NCBI RefSeq assembly: GCF_001194135.2
Contig: NC_068984.1
Location: 37,965,968-38,029,967, forward strand
From: Octopus bimaculoides
Lineage: Eukaryota
Direction of reading: 5' to 3'
DNA: 64,000 nucleotides
The first letter of the stretch is position 1, and every line of letters begins with the position of its first letter. A program made the translations under genes and the position numbers. Positions 1 through 13,408 of the stretch are shown piece after piece. A model generated the notes under the pieces. That model did not search any database. It worked only from the letters and a program-made list of their open reading frames with translations, and was not told where the DNA came from.

Positions 1-29
1 TGAAGGAAATGTTACCTCTGCTGAAAATA

Positions 30-400
30 AATGGATTCTCTCTCCAAGTGAAGGGTAAATTGCATGATGCTTGTGTACAAAGCACAATGTTGCATGATGG
101 TAAAACACGAATGGTGACTGTGAGAATATGCCAAGCTTGGAAATAAATGAGATGAGCTTGCTCTGCTACATGTATAAATGTTAGTGTGCATGAATGGAGT
201 ACAAATGAACTGATAGAACAACTGAGTTTAAAAGGAATCAGATCTAGAATGAAAGAGAGATTACATTGTTATGGATATGTAATATGCATAGAGGATGACA
301 GCTGGCTTAAGAAGTGCTAATGATCCAAGTAAGTAGAAAGAACCTGCTGAAGAGGAAGACATGGAAAGGAGTGATGAAAGCTAATCTCAAATGGTTGAAT
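30..400 (+). mobile_element. Degenerate RTE LINE C-terminal fragment
   Basis: Decayed reading resembles the RTE post-RT region (GKLHDACVQSTMLH...ELIEQLSLKGIR...LHCYGYVICIEDDSWLKKC). It parallels the remnant at 45950-46560. Many stops and indels. Confidence 0.6.
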
Positions 401-1199
401 CTCAAAAAGAAAATGATAAAGGACTACAACAATAGTTATGACTGAAACCAGAAATGATTTAGGATGATAAGTTGTGTTGGTAATTCATTGTCCTTGACTG
501 CACAAAGTAATTTGCTTGAAATTAATATCTAATATGTAAAGAAAATCTGCTGATATGGAATTACAAAATTCAATATTATAATAGCATCTAATTTACCAGA
601 CAGTGAAAAACATATGAAATCACCATGGGTGGGTACTAAAACAGGTGTCAGCTTGCTGGAGCAAGGGACATAACCTGTCTTGAATGAAAACACATTATTC
701 AAAATACCCGTGTTGTGCTAAATAATTATACATAAAGCGTAAATGTGGACAACAACGTTCCAATATTAACAACAAACAAGATGAAGACAAATACCCATCA
801 AATGCAAATAATGTACATAATTCCTCATCTCTTAAATATAGAACTGAACAAAGTATGTCACTCTGTGTGTGTGAGAGAGAGAGAGATTTGGTTGACTGAT
901 TAAGCAATACATTTCCTAACCCTGTTATCCATTTTGACCATACCATATATTTCTACTATAGCCTTGTGAATTAAATGTAGGTGAGTACTGTGTAGAAGTT
1001 CAGCATCCATCAGCCATAGGTGTGTTAGTGGAGCAGTGGTGGCAGTGGCAGAATTGAACATCAAACAAAAATACCTTGTGATATTTCGTCCTCTATTTTA
1101 GGACCCTTAAACCATGGGTAACTTTGTCTTTCCTGTTAGGTGATTGATGAAATAAATTGACCAAATACTGAGTTGGTGTAATCAAACTAAAACCATGAA

Positions 1200-1615
1200 A
1201 GGCATTGCTGTATCCTGGCTAAACACCCACTGAAATCACATGGTTTTGGGTTCAGTCCCACTGAATGGCATTTTGGGCAAGTGACTACTATGATCCTAAG
1301 CTGACCAAGGCCTTGTGAGTGAATTTTGTAGAGAGAAACCGAAAGATAGCAGTTACGTGTGTGTGAGCATGTACTTGTGCACATGTGTTTTAGTCTCCTT
1401 GATTTGGCATCATGCACTAACTGTAAATAAATGATACTGACATTTAAGTGGTGTCTTCCATTTCCAGTCTCCTAAGAAAACATCTGGCCAGGGGGAAAAT
1501 TTTACTTTGCTTGAAAACAGCTGAGGGTTAGTGGTAGGAAGGGTATCCAGTCATAGAAAATCTACTGCAAGGAATTCTGTCTAACCCATGCAAACATAGA
1601 AAATCATCATCAACA
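1200..1615 (+). mobile_element. tRNA-derived SINE (family 1, long form with RTE-like tail)
   Basis: ggttcagtcccactg...ttgggcaagtg...gccttgtgagtgaattt core, then aggaagggtatccag..tagaaaa and a catcatc tail. Same layout recurs at 23785-24145 and 49790-50125. Confidence 0.7.
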
Positions 1616-1900
1616 TTTAATGTCCATTTTCTATGCTGGCATGGGTTGGATGCCTTGAGAGGGATTGGCAAGGCCAGGGGCTACACCAGGTTCCATAGTC
1701 TGTTTTTGCTTAGTTTCTACAGCCAGCTGCTTTTTGCATGGCACTTTGGTTTTAGGGTTTTGGTTATGTTGTGGTGGGTGGGTCTTCGTGAATATAGCAA
1801 TGTGTCACATATTTTGCTCCCCTGTCATCTCCTTCATATGGTTCAGCGTTTTGAGATCAGCCTTCAAATGCTTTGTCCCATGTCTTCCTGGGTTTCCCCC
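1610..1900 (-). mobile_element. Degenerate RTE 3' end/tail
   Basis: catttaatgtccattttctatgctggcatgggttgg matches the reverse complement of the RTE tail; ccttcaaatgctttgtcccatgtcttcctggg encodes a PRKTWDKA-like C-terminus on the - strand. Confidence 0.55.
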
Positions 1901-1979
1901 TTCCACAACTTCCCTAGGGATAAAAGTAGATGCTAAAACAATGATGCTGATGCATTGATGATATCTATAGAAAGTTGCA

Positions 1980-2150
1980 GGCTTGGCTGTGTGGATGAAG
2001 TTTGCTTCCCAACCACTTGATTTTAGGTTCAGTCCTACTGTGTGGCACCTTGGGCAAGTATGTTCTACTATAGCTCTGAGTTGACTAAAGCCATATGAGT
2101 GGATATGGTAGAAACTGAAAGAAGCCCACCATGTGTGTGTGTTTGCATTT
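1980..2150 (+). mobile_element. tRNA-derived SINE (family 1)
   Basis: gcttcccaaccac...ggttcagtcctactgtgtggcaccttgggcaagt...gaaactgaaagaagccc, close to the copy at 58405-58585. Confidence 0.75.
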
Positions 2151-2879
2151 TCTCTTGTGCTCACTGCCTTGTAAACAATAACTTAACAGTGTTATTTGCT
2201 TCCAGGCCACCCCAAAAGTATGTCCAGACTTCTTGATGTGCCTTCATTTATTGCATGCCTTTGTCTGATAGGATCCAATATGTCGAAGAACTTCATCAGT
2301 TGCCCTTTCCAACACCAACCACTTTACAGCATGTACTGGGTACCTTTTTTCATGCCACCAGCATTAATGAGGTTGCCATGCAGCTTGCAAGACTACAAAA
2401 CTTGAGTGGATGGAGATGAGGCATTAAAGTATGAGATTGGGAGCCAGAGTAGAATGGGTTTCTTATTGTAGAAAACCTACAGGACTACTCACCTTTTAGG
2501 TGAGAGTGTGAGAGTAATTGTATGGAGCTGGAAGGAGATAAAAATAGTGGTGATGAGGTGTGCAGGTGAACCCTCAAGGAATGAGGTGAGTTGAAGTGAA
2601 TGGTAACAGAAGAACCTGGGTAGAAGTTATAATAGTGTGAGATGGAAAATGGGTGAGGGGAGGGGAGTGATGTTAGGTAAGTTGCAGGAGTATGGGAAGA
2701 GAGTGAGCGTCAGATGGTGGTGGAGTGATCAGTATAGAGTATGGGTAGAGAGAAGAGTATTAATGAATGAAGGATGAAGAACAAGTGAAATGGTTTCAGA
2801 TAAAGTAGCATCAAGGAAGAACTAATTAGAGAGATGATGGGTGGTAGGATTAGGTAGGTCTTATCGACAATGGTATATC

Positions 2880-3080
2880 ACAATAATCCTGGGCCTTTAT
2901 AATCTCATGAAGGTCCTGAGATCAGCCTTCACCACTTTGTCCCATATCGTCCTGGGTTTCCCTCTTTTGGACCAGGTTTTTAGTCTTAGGATAACATTCT
3001 CCCTTACCTCACACCAATTACAAAGGCTCTGAAAAAGGATCATTAGTCTTCCTCTGACTAAACCATTAAAAGGAAGGTGC
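2880..3080 (-). mobile_element. Degenerate RTE C-terminal fragment
   Basis: ORF 2897-3082 reads RGKPRTIWDKVVKADLRTF, the typical RTE C-terminal GRPRKTW motif. Confidence 0.6.
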
Positions 3081-6000
3081 ATTCATGTGTGTGTATGCAT
3101 AGTCTTTAATATGATTTAGTTCAAGCAAAATGGTACTACCCATTTCCTCTACAGACCCTTCTGAGCTTGTAAGGTTACTGAAATTGATATTCAGGTTGAA
3201 CTTCTAGAAGTCCATGTCTGTAAGGAAAATATTGGTCAAGTATGAACTCCCCTTAGTGATAAAAGTTTGAATAAAGTGCTTTGAATTGGGTTTATGGTGT
3301 GTGATATACTAAGGAGAATGAGTTGTGGTTTGAGTATGCTTGCTAGCTTAGATCAGACATATGGAATATTGTTGTTTGTTTGTGGGCATGTATTGACAAG
3401 TAGGAGTTTGTTTATCATGCAGATAGCCCTTTTTTTTTTTGTCATCTACAATGTATGTGTACCAGCTGCATTGTCACAGATATGTGATCAATGCTCCATT
3501 GTTTGGAGCATTTTTATCATGTAGAATGTCAGCAACTATTAAGATATAAAATAGTTTTCGCTTCTCAAAAAAGGAGGTCTCTCCTTTAGGATATAGTTTT
3601 CGTTATGAAAAGGCATCCACGTTAGTTAGTGGATGTTTTAGTTTTGTTTTGTTGATGAATGAACAATATTTGTTTGACATGTTTGTTTGGCTGTCTTGAT
3701 GCTGGTGAATAAATGTGATAGTGTGTGCAGACCTGTTATATAAAAGCTTATTCTCCTTTCTTCACATTTACTAATTTCTCCTTTTACACTACATTTTCTC
3801 TTTTCACACCCTTCTCTATTAGTTTACCTAATGTAATGGTTATAGACGAGGTGTTTATGGTGAAGTATAAATTTAATCAGTATAAGGAAAACCTTATCTG
3901 ACTTTGATTTATATGTGTTTGGAGAACCATAGCAATAATGGTTCTTATTTTTCAATTTTCAGTAAATTCAGTTAAATCGGAATTGATCAGAAATCTGGCT
4001 GTACACCCATTAAACTTAAAGTCTTCAATAGGGATGCAAGGAAAAAGTATGTTTTTACTTTTTTACCCACTTTCTTTTATTTTCACTTTCTCTTTTATTT
4101 AACACCTGTGTAGATCTTTTATAAAAAAAAACAACACATTATTAAATATAATCAGATAGCAGGTTGTCACTCTTTCACAATCAGTTCTATTTTAACCAAA
4201 TTTATAGTAATGAATGATTTAGATGCATTTTTATTTATGTGGTATATGCCAGGAGGTTATGAAGAAAATAAGAAAGTAAAAAATGAACAAGTAATGAAAT
4301 GGAAAAAAAATTCTATCCCAATTATTGGTTTTATTTAAGTTCTTTTTTCAGCTTTTTCAAAACTAAATAGATAGATAAGCAATAAAACATAGATGGAAAA
4401 AGTGGACAAAAACATGATGAAATGAACACGTGTGTTGATGAAGATTATATTTTCAGTTGAGTAAAGAATCAGTACTAGAAAATTTTGAATTACAAATCCA
4501 TGTCTAAGGAAAATATGGGCAGAGGATGAACTTCTCTCTGGTGATAAAAGTTTAAATTATATGCTGCAGATTGCTTTGAGGTTAGGAATGTACTAGTGGT
4601 TGAAAACTTAAATGATATCAAATAATGATCTCGATTATTGAGATTTTGTTAATTAGGCTCAAAAGNNNNNNNNNNACCAATAATGTAGCCTGAGTTAATT
4701 GTTTATAAGATGGGAGGTTTTGCTGTTTATTGAAAAGTTTAGATCAATATCTTGGATCTGTGTAAGGATCTGACATAATAGTTCTACAAGAGATACAATT
4801 CCTGTGACCAAACAGCAAGTTGTTGATTGCTTTTCCATTCAATCCTTCATCTGGTACATAGGCTAGCTATTGAATGTTAAAAATTATTTGTGAATTTAAA
4901 ATAGTAAACAGTGTGGTATGGGTGCTTCCTGCTACTGATAATTAATGCCTCATAATCAAGAATAAAATGTATTCAACTTATGAAAATGAATTATTAAATG
5001 AATTGCCAAAATCACTTAATTGAGGTACACTCATAGATAATTAAAACTTAACAGTATTATTTATAACATTTATCATCCCATCATTCTCTTTCTGTTAAAT
5101 TTACTGTCTTAAAAATTAATAGTTAAATAAAAGATACATATTTTTAATGTATTTCAAGTACACATAATGTTTTGCATACATCACCACTGGGGTGACCTCA
5201 GTTTTTGTTGCTAATAACTATTGAGTTCAATTAGTAGTGGTGAGGAAATTTGAGGAGTGGGTGCATGATATCGCTTGCCTGGAGAATGTTCTTTAGACTT
5301 GCTCATTTACTGTGAAAGAGTGCTTTTATTTCAGTTATGCTATAAAGCTACTGTTTATTATTTCACACTATATAATTTTTCCCACTATTTCTGCACTGTT
5401 TAGATTTAGTTCACTGTCATTTAAAACATATTACATCTATTTAAAAAAAGTAAAATTATATCCAAATTTATCCTCTTAAAATATTCAGAATATTTTGTTT
5501 CAGTATTCATGTTATGCTACCATTTAGATTATTTGATTGAAATAAAAATGAGCAAAGATTTATTTGATTGGTATTCCACCAGCCTGGAAAGGCACACACA
5601 CAAATGCCTGAAAATAAGAGTTGTAGGATTCTTGACAAAAAATCTGAAAAAAAAAAGAAAAAGAAAAAAAAGTTAAAATAGTTATATTTGTATTATTCCT
5701 TTATTTAATTTTATTTTCCTTCAACATCATGATTACTCATTTCCAGAAAAATTTGTACCACCATAAGTATCTGCTTGTAAGCCACGTACCACTTCAGTCA
5801 CCATTATCATGATGTTTTGTGTAATTTTTTTGTGTATCACATTGATAGTCAGATGCCATCTTTTTGAATATGTCAGGTATATCCTGTCAATTTTTTTTTT
5901 TATTTTTTCATTTCTTTTTCTAGTCTAAAGAAGGAAGACAGTTTCTTTGGGGCCTTTTAAAGTTAAAGGCTTAATGAATACAGTTCAAGGCTTATAGATA

Positions 6001-8477
6001 TTGGCAAAATGATTAGCATACAGTATAAGTAAAAAATAAAAAAAATATTGACTGATGATTGTCACAGAAATAAAGAAATTTTTAGAGGACTGACAAGTGC
6101 CATAATAATGAATATTTTCAAGAAATAGTGAGAGTGTGACTTAGTAGAGGGCTAGTAAACTGAAAGCTGCTTCTGGTGGTCAGTTTCTTTATGGAGTTGT
6201 TACTTTCTCTTTAGACACTGTTTAATATTAGTAGTTTGGTATGTCTGCACATTTTCAGGCACAGAAGCAATATTTCATAATTGTAAAGGTTTTATCTCTC
6301 AGTAAATGCTCAAGTCAAATACATTTTAGCTATGAAAAGGACCTTAGTCTCTTTAGTGTAGTTTTAGTGATAGTGACTGCAAGGATGTGGGTTATAAGAT
6401 AGCAAGAACTAGATTATCAGAAGTTGAAGATTTTAATCAATGGCTATTGTGTTGGTTATTTGACAGATTTAAATACAACATGGATTAAATGAAGAAACAC
6501 CACATTAAAACATCAAATATTCTTGAGCCAAGTCCACATGCTTTTAAAGTAGGAAACAGTCAATTTGCATTGTGATGTGCTGTAGTGTCAAGGATTAAAG
6601 AAAAAAAATTCTTATTCAACACTTTTATTGGAAGATGTGCCATTTTATTGAAGTTCATCCTATTCATCTCAGTGTTATTAAGTAATGATGGCTTTATTGT
6701 AGATTTTTGCCTATGAATTTAAATTCAGTCCTGCAAATAATGAAACATTTGACAACTCCAATACTTCTGAATGGTTTATGAGTTTAAATGAATAAGTTTG
6801 TATGATGCGGCAAGAAGAATCTGACATTTTGGGAATCATCATTCATCTGAGAGAAAAGAAATGTTTCAACTTCCCTATGTTTGTTTACAGCTTAGTGGTT
6901 TGGGTTACTGAATGCAGCCTTGCTCTTTCAGCCTGCAGACAGGCACATTAATGTTTTTACCAGTTGCAATTTCCATGGACTAGGACAGTTTACTAGAATT
7001 AGTCAGACCAGAATGAAGAAAACGAAAAAATTATTAGTTGTGTGTTGGATAAAGGTTTATTTTTCACTTTGTTTGCTAAAGAATATGAAAGATTATTGTT
7101 TGACCTCACTGGGAAATGTTGCTTTTGAAGTACTAGAATTATTAGATAACAAGAATATACTGCCAAGAAGAAAAGTTCAAAAGCAGTGTTGTCCTGATAA
7201 AATGGGCCTTATGAATTCTTCAGTTTAATAATTTGAAAAGTGCAAAAAAAAAAGTATTTTGGTTTATGTCCATGATGCATCTACTGAATTCAGAAGACTG
7301 AGCAGTTAAAATGTAAGAACACGTATGGAATTTACTGAGCTGTCATGGATGTGGATATAAAAGAGATTTGGCCTTAAATGGAGTGTAACATATAACCTAA
7401 CCAAATTTGAGCCAATAAAAGTCACAGAGAGTACACATAGGATATTGGCATCTAAAATGTGGCTAAATGCATTATACTATTATACTCAATCATTATACTA
7501 TTATACTCAATCAGTTTTGAGTCAAAAAATTTTGGGGTTCATAAAAGATCCAGATCTTGAAATATTTGCTTCCTTTCAGTATCATCAAGACATATGAACT
7601 AAATACAAAAATAATAGTTCTTTTTTCCCTTTCTTGATTATTTTATACCATTAAAAGAGTCTTAGGACAAACTGAATTTCTAGTGATGCTTCAAATTTCA
7701 GAGTGTTGCCTACCTCTAGGAGGACTTGCATTCATGACTGCAAGCAAAAAAAAAAATACATTCATTCTGCTGCTACATAAGTAGTGATCTGTATATGTGT
7801 ATAACCTATATTTAAAACAATACAGTATTGTATCACTTAGGCTTAATGACTGAGGTTAAGGGTGCAAGATATTGACCTCATAGTCTTAGGTTTACTTTCT
7901 AATTTGCACCAATTCAATTTATAATGTATCCAATGAAAAAATGGATATGAAACAGTAGAGAGAACTGAAAGATTACATATTAAAATATTTAAATGACTAT
8001 TTGATTCATATAATTGTATTTCACCTTGTATTTATTCATTAAAAACAAATTGTTGAAATAATCTTTAAAAGTATCAGTTCCAACCAGGATGTAAGTTGCA
8101 ACTTTCTATCACTATTCACATTTGAAAACGTTAATAGCAAATGCTTCAATTCAGAGCCCAACAGCATTTTGGTCATTGCATAACTTGACATATTTTTCAT
8201 GGGAGGGAGTATAAACCTTTCCTCATAGTGCATGAATTAAAACTGATTTTAAATAGTCATAGAAACTGTCATACTCTTGCATAAAAACAAGCTTTCTTTG
8301 CATAGGAATGGATTCAAATTTTAGAGTTATTTTATTATATTTTTTAGGATTATATACTTAAGCACGCATACACATCACATAGTTAATATATGAAATGCAG
8401 AAAGGTGTATGTAAGTTTTCATGCCTGGACCTTGGTTTATGTTTCCATTTAAGTTCCGCACAATCACACTCACATGT

Positions 8478-8478
<1 letters not shown>

Positions 8479-8510
<32 letters not shown>
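8479..8510. repeat. (GT)n microsatellite
   Basis: Direct reading. Similar (GT)n/(CA)n/(TA)n tracts at about 9090, 29345, 29415, 38185, 53815, 55780, 60015, 60835, 61440-61632 and 62570. Confidence 0.9.
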
Positions 8511-8514
<4 letters not shown>

Positions 8515-9085
8515 TTGACTATATGCCAATCGACATCAAGTAGTTATATCATCAAAAGCATTCCAGCCGTGCCCTTTTTTTTTAAGTGGGGTTGTCCGGG
8601 CTGCTATCTAATGTATCTTCCTTTTAAATGCGTTTCATGTACTTTGAGTGAAATTTGGCTGTTACTTCAGAACGATCACTAAGCGGTTCTTTTATTAATG
8701 CGGAAACATTTTTCTGTAAACCGATACGAACAAAGATTAGTTTTATTCCTCTTCGATGACATTTTGTCTCGAGTTCTAATAATGAAATTTTATTTTCTCG
8801 TCTCTGTTCCATATGATTGTAACGATTACTTCCCCTTTTTACAACCCTTGAATGTGACATACTTTTCGTAACCATTGTTTGTCACGAGTCAGATATGTAC
8901 TTTATTTATATGAACTATTTTTACTATAAGTATTTCTCATTTTACGAAAACAAATTTTAGATTAGAAAAAATATATTTATTTATACTCTTTGTATAGGTA
9001 CTTTTGGTTTCACGAATAGCAATCGAATTAGGCCTCTGTCAAGGTCCAACATTTCTAACTTTACTGAATCGCTGACTCGAGTATT

Positions 9086-9117
<32 letters not shown>

Positions 9118-9227
9118 GGGTCTTTTGACTATATTTAAATTTTATTTGAGGGGAAAAGACTAAATTCGTGTTGATTATAATAAATCTATTGAACAAAGCT
9201 ACAAAATTGAGCGTGGACACAGTTTAG

Positions 9228-9405
9228 TAGCACAAGTATTAACGAAAGTAGGATCAGATGTAGCAGTATTAACGACAGCAGTAGGAGTGGTGGTAGTAGT
9301 AGTAAAAGCAACCGGAGTAGCGGTAGTAGTAGTATTTAACAAGGAAAGGAGTAGCACTATTAACAGCAGGAGTAGCGGTTGCAGCAGTTGTGGTGGTGGT
9401 AGTAA
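9228..9405. repeat. Degenerate (GTA/GCA/GGT)n trinucleotide low-complexity tract
   Basis: gtagcagta...ggtagtagtagt...gtagcggtagtagtag...ggtggtggtagt. Confidence 0.7.
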
Positions 9406-9876
9406 GTTTTATCTTACGAATACAACTGTATACGGTCAAGTAAACAATTATTTTCTACTACTTGGCTCCATCACGACCACAGACCAATGAATTACCCCAC
9501 TCACGGACAGGTTATGCTGGCACTGGACTTGCTACCAGAAACGCTAGGTTCTGACCTTTCTGATAACTTTGACTTCTTTTCCCCGCTGCTTTCCCTCAGA
9601 AACTAATGGATGCCACTTTCTCGGCCAACTTCGCCCATTGAGGAATGTATATTACGAATTGACGGAGTCGATGCATGCAAGTTTTAGACTAATTATAATT
9701 TACTGCTGATTGTATTTTATTTACCTGCGTATTTTGATAGAGGAAAACTTTTTTTAGTCACGTTAATTTTGGGCCTTATTTCCTATCCAAAATAATATTC
9801 TCTTGTCCTCCAGCTCGGCATACAGGAGTTGTGAGTTGTAAGGTATTTCATTGGGTGTTACCATCATGTTAGAGTA

Positions 9877-9994
9877 ATGGCGCCTAAAAAATCAACAGTA
9901 TCAAACGTTCTTCCGTTTCATGTAGTGGATAAAACGGCTTTATCACCGGGATATACGCATTGGGACCATCATGATATAATTTATACTAAAAGTG
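9877..9994 (+). CDS. PIAS: PIAS putative (alternative) first coding exon, MAPKKSTVSNVLPFHVVDKTALSPGYTHWDHHDIIYTKS
   Basis: ATG at 9877 with an in-frame TGA upstream (9832-9834). Ends G|gtaagt in phase 1, which matches the phase-1 acceptor at 13277. Confidence 0.65.
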
Positions 9995-12900
9995 GTAAGT
10001 CATGAGGCATTTGCACCTCTCAGAATTTGTACATTTGATAACTAATGAAGCTGCATTGTTGAGTAGTAGAACTTATCTGCTTAAAATATAATAAACACAG
10101 CACATATCTCTTTTTCTCCGGTGCTTTGCGATGAACATTTCTGTTCAGTTGTGACTATCAGTCTCTCACTGGAGAATATATCTTACAAATATATAATGGG
10201 GCCTTTATGTAGGCTGCTGGCTTTTGATTAACAACAACGCTGTTAATGATTATCTCGTCGTCCAGAAACGGCCTCTTATCTAAAAATCCCTTGGTTAGAA
10301 TCAACACAAATATTGCTTTATTTCTTTTTTGTTCTTTATTTATTCCTTGTTGGGAAATAAAATAATGGTAGTGTTGGCTGACGTTAAAAGAAAAGCGAAC
10401 CAGGCGACTACTAAGAGATTCTTTCCTGATCATATGAAATATTTCTTAACACTGCTATTTTCTATTATGCAAGCGACTGTTTTACTTTTCTGTTTATAAC
10501 TTGTGAGCAAATTATATATACCATGGTGTCTCGTTGCTTGTTGGAAAAATACTTCGTTATTAGGGGAGTTGGAATGGTAGTTTGTTTTCTTATTTTTTTT
10601 TGCTCGAAAGATATTTCTTTCTAATATAGTTTTAAATGTAATTAATTTTGTCTAGTTTAACAGAATAAGAATCCAGTTGACTGGAAAGTTATGCAAATTA
10701 TTTAATCCAGTCCTGATACACGAATCGTTTCTCGTATAGAGTCAGCATTTTTAGATAATATATAATGTCATAACTGCTATAAAAACAAGATCAAGATTCA
10801 TCGAAAATTAATATATTTCATTTGCCAGTATTAACTTTCTCGTCCACGACTTTATAAAGCAATGACGTATATTACTTTCGCAGACTGAATGTGTAGCTTT
10901 ATGCTAAAAGAGATTTAAAATTAATGTGAAAGTCAGTAAAACTTTTGTGTTCGTGTTAGAAAATAGTAATTTCGATCTGGCGATCTTAATTTAATGGCTA
11001 TTCTTGAAAACAACAGCAGCCTTTTTTTTTTTATGCAGACTATCAAAATGTCTTTTCATATGTTTGATTATTTAAACTCTCTAGGTAGGTACTCCTTTAA
11101 ACTTCTGGTCGATTACCCAAGTGTTGTATTTGCCGTCAATATTGTAGTTCCCTTTCTATCTTGTCTTTTTTTTTCTCACGCAAATAAATTTATCGCCTTT
11201 GCTTATGATTCTATTAAAGAGGAAAACGACAATATTATTTCCGAAATAACCAAACTAACATTTGTTTTTTTATGATAAAGTTTCAAATCGATGTCTTGGT
11301 TTTGTATTACAATTGTCAAACATGGCCTATTAAAGAGAAAGTGTCATCCATCACTCAGCCCCACACTCGTTCACCTCTAAGATGTGGTTACTAATTATTT
11401 CAACTAACATCTCTCTTTCTCTCTCTCTCTCTCATAAAATTATTTTTAAAAAAATTCTAGTAGTTCTTGATCATAACAAGTGATTTGTTTTGCCTTGAAT
11501 AACAATTTCAAAACTTCAGTTTTGTATAGATTGTATTATTTTTCAAATATTTTAAGCATAGAATAGCCTTTTTTCCCCTTTTCTTATCGCTCCCTCCGAT
11601 GAAAAAAAAAATGCTATTTTGTTTGACAATGTATTATCAAATTTCTGTATTGTAACCGATTTTCAGTTTTCTTCTTTGGACTATCCAGGCTTATACTGCG
11701 AGATTGAAAAAGTGTACGAGTAGAACGAGACTTATTATGATTATTATTATCACTACTACTGCTACAATTACATTTTCATCTTTAGATAAGAAGTCATTCA
11801 AATTATAAAAGCTAATAGTTTGGGAAAAACCAGGAAAAAAAAATTCACACAGAAACTTCCATATGCAATATGCAGAATAACAAACGACTTAGGCAAATAG
11901 TGCGAGATGTAGCCACCATTGTTTTGTAGGGAATTGACATATTGGTAGCAGTGGGTTATCGCGATAGAGTGCATAAAATAGTCACATTTGTAGGTCGATT
12001 ATTTTCCCACCCTTTTTAATATTTGGATTTTTCTAGTTACTCAAATGTTAGTGGGAGAAGAAGAAAAAGCAGTTATGGCGAAAGTAATTTTGAATCTTTA
12101 TTTGTGGCAAATTGCATTGGCTTCTTGAAAAAAGCCAACAATATCGGAGACATGTTGTGATATTTATACTTTCTCTCCAGCTGGGAACGAAAACTAGATT
12201 ATGGTTAGTTTTTCAGTGAACTGTGTTCATAATACGTATAAGCTCTCGAAAACTAGTTTCGGTTTATATAGTTATTACTTCCGCTCAGCTTTTGGAAGGA
12301 GAAAATGTGACTGTTATGTCGTTCCCTGTATGTTGGACTAACCATTAATTAAATGCATCAGCTTGCATATGAAATGGATGGATATTGAAAGGGATTTCCG
12401 AATTGATAATTACTAAGTTCAGATCCCTTGTAATATTAACAACATAAACCTTTTCTAGTAATGCCGTAGAGCGCTGGCCAAAATGTTTTTTTTATATCTA
12501 GTTACGGCCGTTTATATTCTGAGTGGGGCCAATAAAATGAGTCAGGTAAAGATCGATGTAATCCACTGCATGACCACTCCCTGGCTTTGTGCCTATATTA
12601 GAAATCAAGACATTTGTATTTTAGTCCCTCAAAGTTTGATGCTCTTGTTAGAAGAATCACCAAGGCTGTTATATAAAAAGTACTTGGATCTGACAAAATT
12701 AGCATTGAGGGCGTTTTCTCTTTATTTAGTAAATAATTCATGTGGCGCTGATTTAGATGTTGCATTTGTAAGAAAAATAGTGGGAATGCTATAAACCTAA
12801 TGCCTTGTATACATACGTTCATTAACTATCACTTCCGGCTCTTGTGCATTTATTTATGTATGTTAGCCTTTTTTTTAAAATACACTGAGAGCATGCCTGT

Positions 12901-13276
12901 CTAAAGGGATCGTATTCAAAGTGTAAATATTATTACATGGCTGACATAATGTACTGCACAATACGCTCTGCAAAGTCTCGATAAAATTGAAAAGTAATTG
13001 AAACACTTCAGCTACCTCCTCGTTGGAAATATAGTCATGAAAGAGTAAATAGAAGAGTTTGTACAAAAGTTTGTAGATATCTGGAGAGATATAGATATAA
13101 CAGGTATCCTAGATTTACTCTTTATGGAATTTAATCTTAGTTATCCTGAAAGACAAGACTCCTTTTTGCTGTTTGCTTTCCTAGAAAAAGTATATTCAAT
13201 GAATTTACTTCAATTTCATTTCTTTTTGAAAAAGTAAATTGTTTCCCAATTAATTGTTTCTCATTTATTTATTCAG

Positions 13277-13408
13277 GTCCAATTGATTTTAGCAGTAAGC
13301 ACAATCACTCAAGTCCTGTGAGTTCATTACCAGTTCATCCAGATGTGAGGTTGAAACGGCTACCGTTTTATGACATTTTAGGAGAGCTTCTGAAACCAAC
13401 TAGTTTGG
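13277..13408 (+). CDS. PIAS: PIAS exon, start of PINIT domain (GPIDFSS...PVHPDVRLKRLPFYDILGELLKPTSL)
   Basis: ttattcag acceptor, G|gtatgt donor, 132 bp, phase 1/1. PVHPDV-x-L-x-x-LPFYD-x-L-x-ELLKPTSL is a hallmark PIAS motif. Confidence 0.95.

Larger units (their letters stand above)
8560..10000 (+). promoter_or_regulatory. CpG-enriched putative promoter/5' region of the PIAS transcript
   Basis: CG dinucleotides are visibly frequent from about 8.56 kb to about 14 kb and scarce in most other unique sequence. CCAAT at about 9486. Lies directly upstream of the ATG exon at 9877. Qualitative only. Confidence 0.5.

Noticed and set aside
6046-6085. CTGATGA...GAAA spacing
   Set aside because: No stem I or stem III complementarity; chance match.
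6400-7460. Possible very old LINE remnant (YVHDA and KWSVTYNLTKF-like words)
   Set aside because: Too degenerate to assign by eye.
12181-12203. 23-nt micro-exon candidate (ctccag|...ATG|gttagt) in PIAS intron 1
   Set aside because: In phase 1 it hits TAG after five codons and its length shifts the frame. It could be a poison exon, but there is no support.
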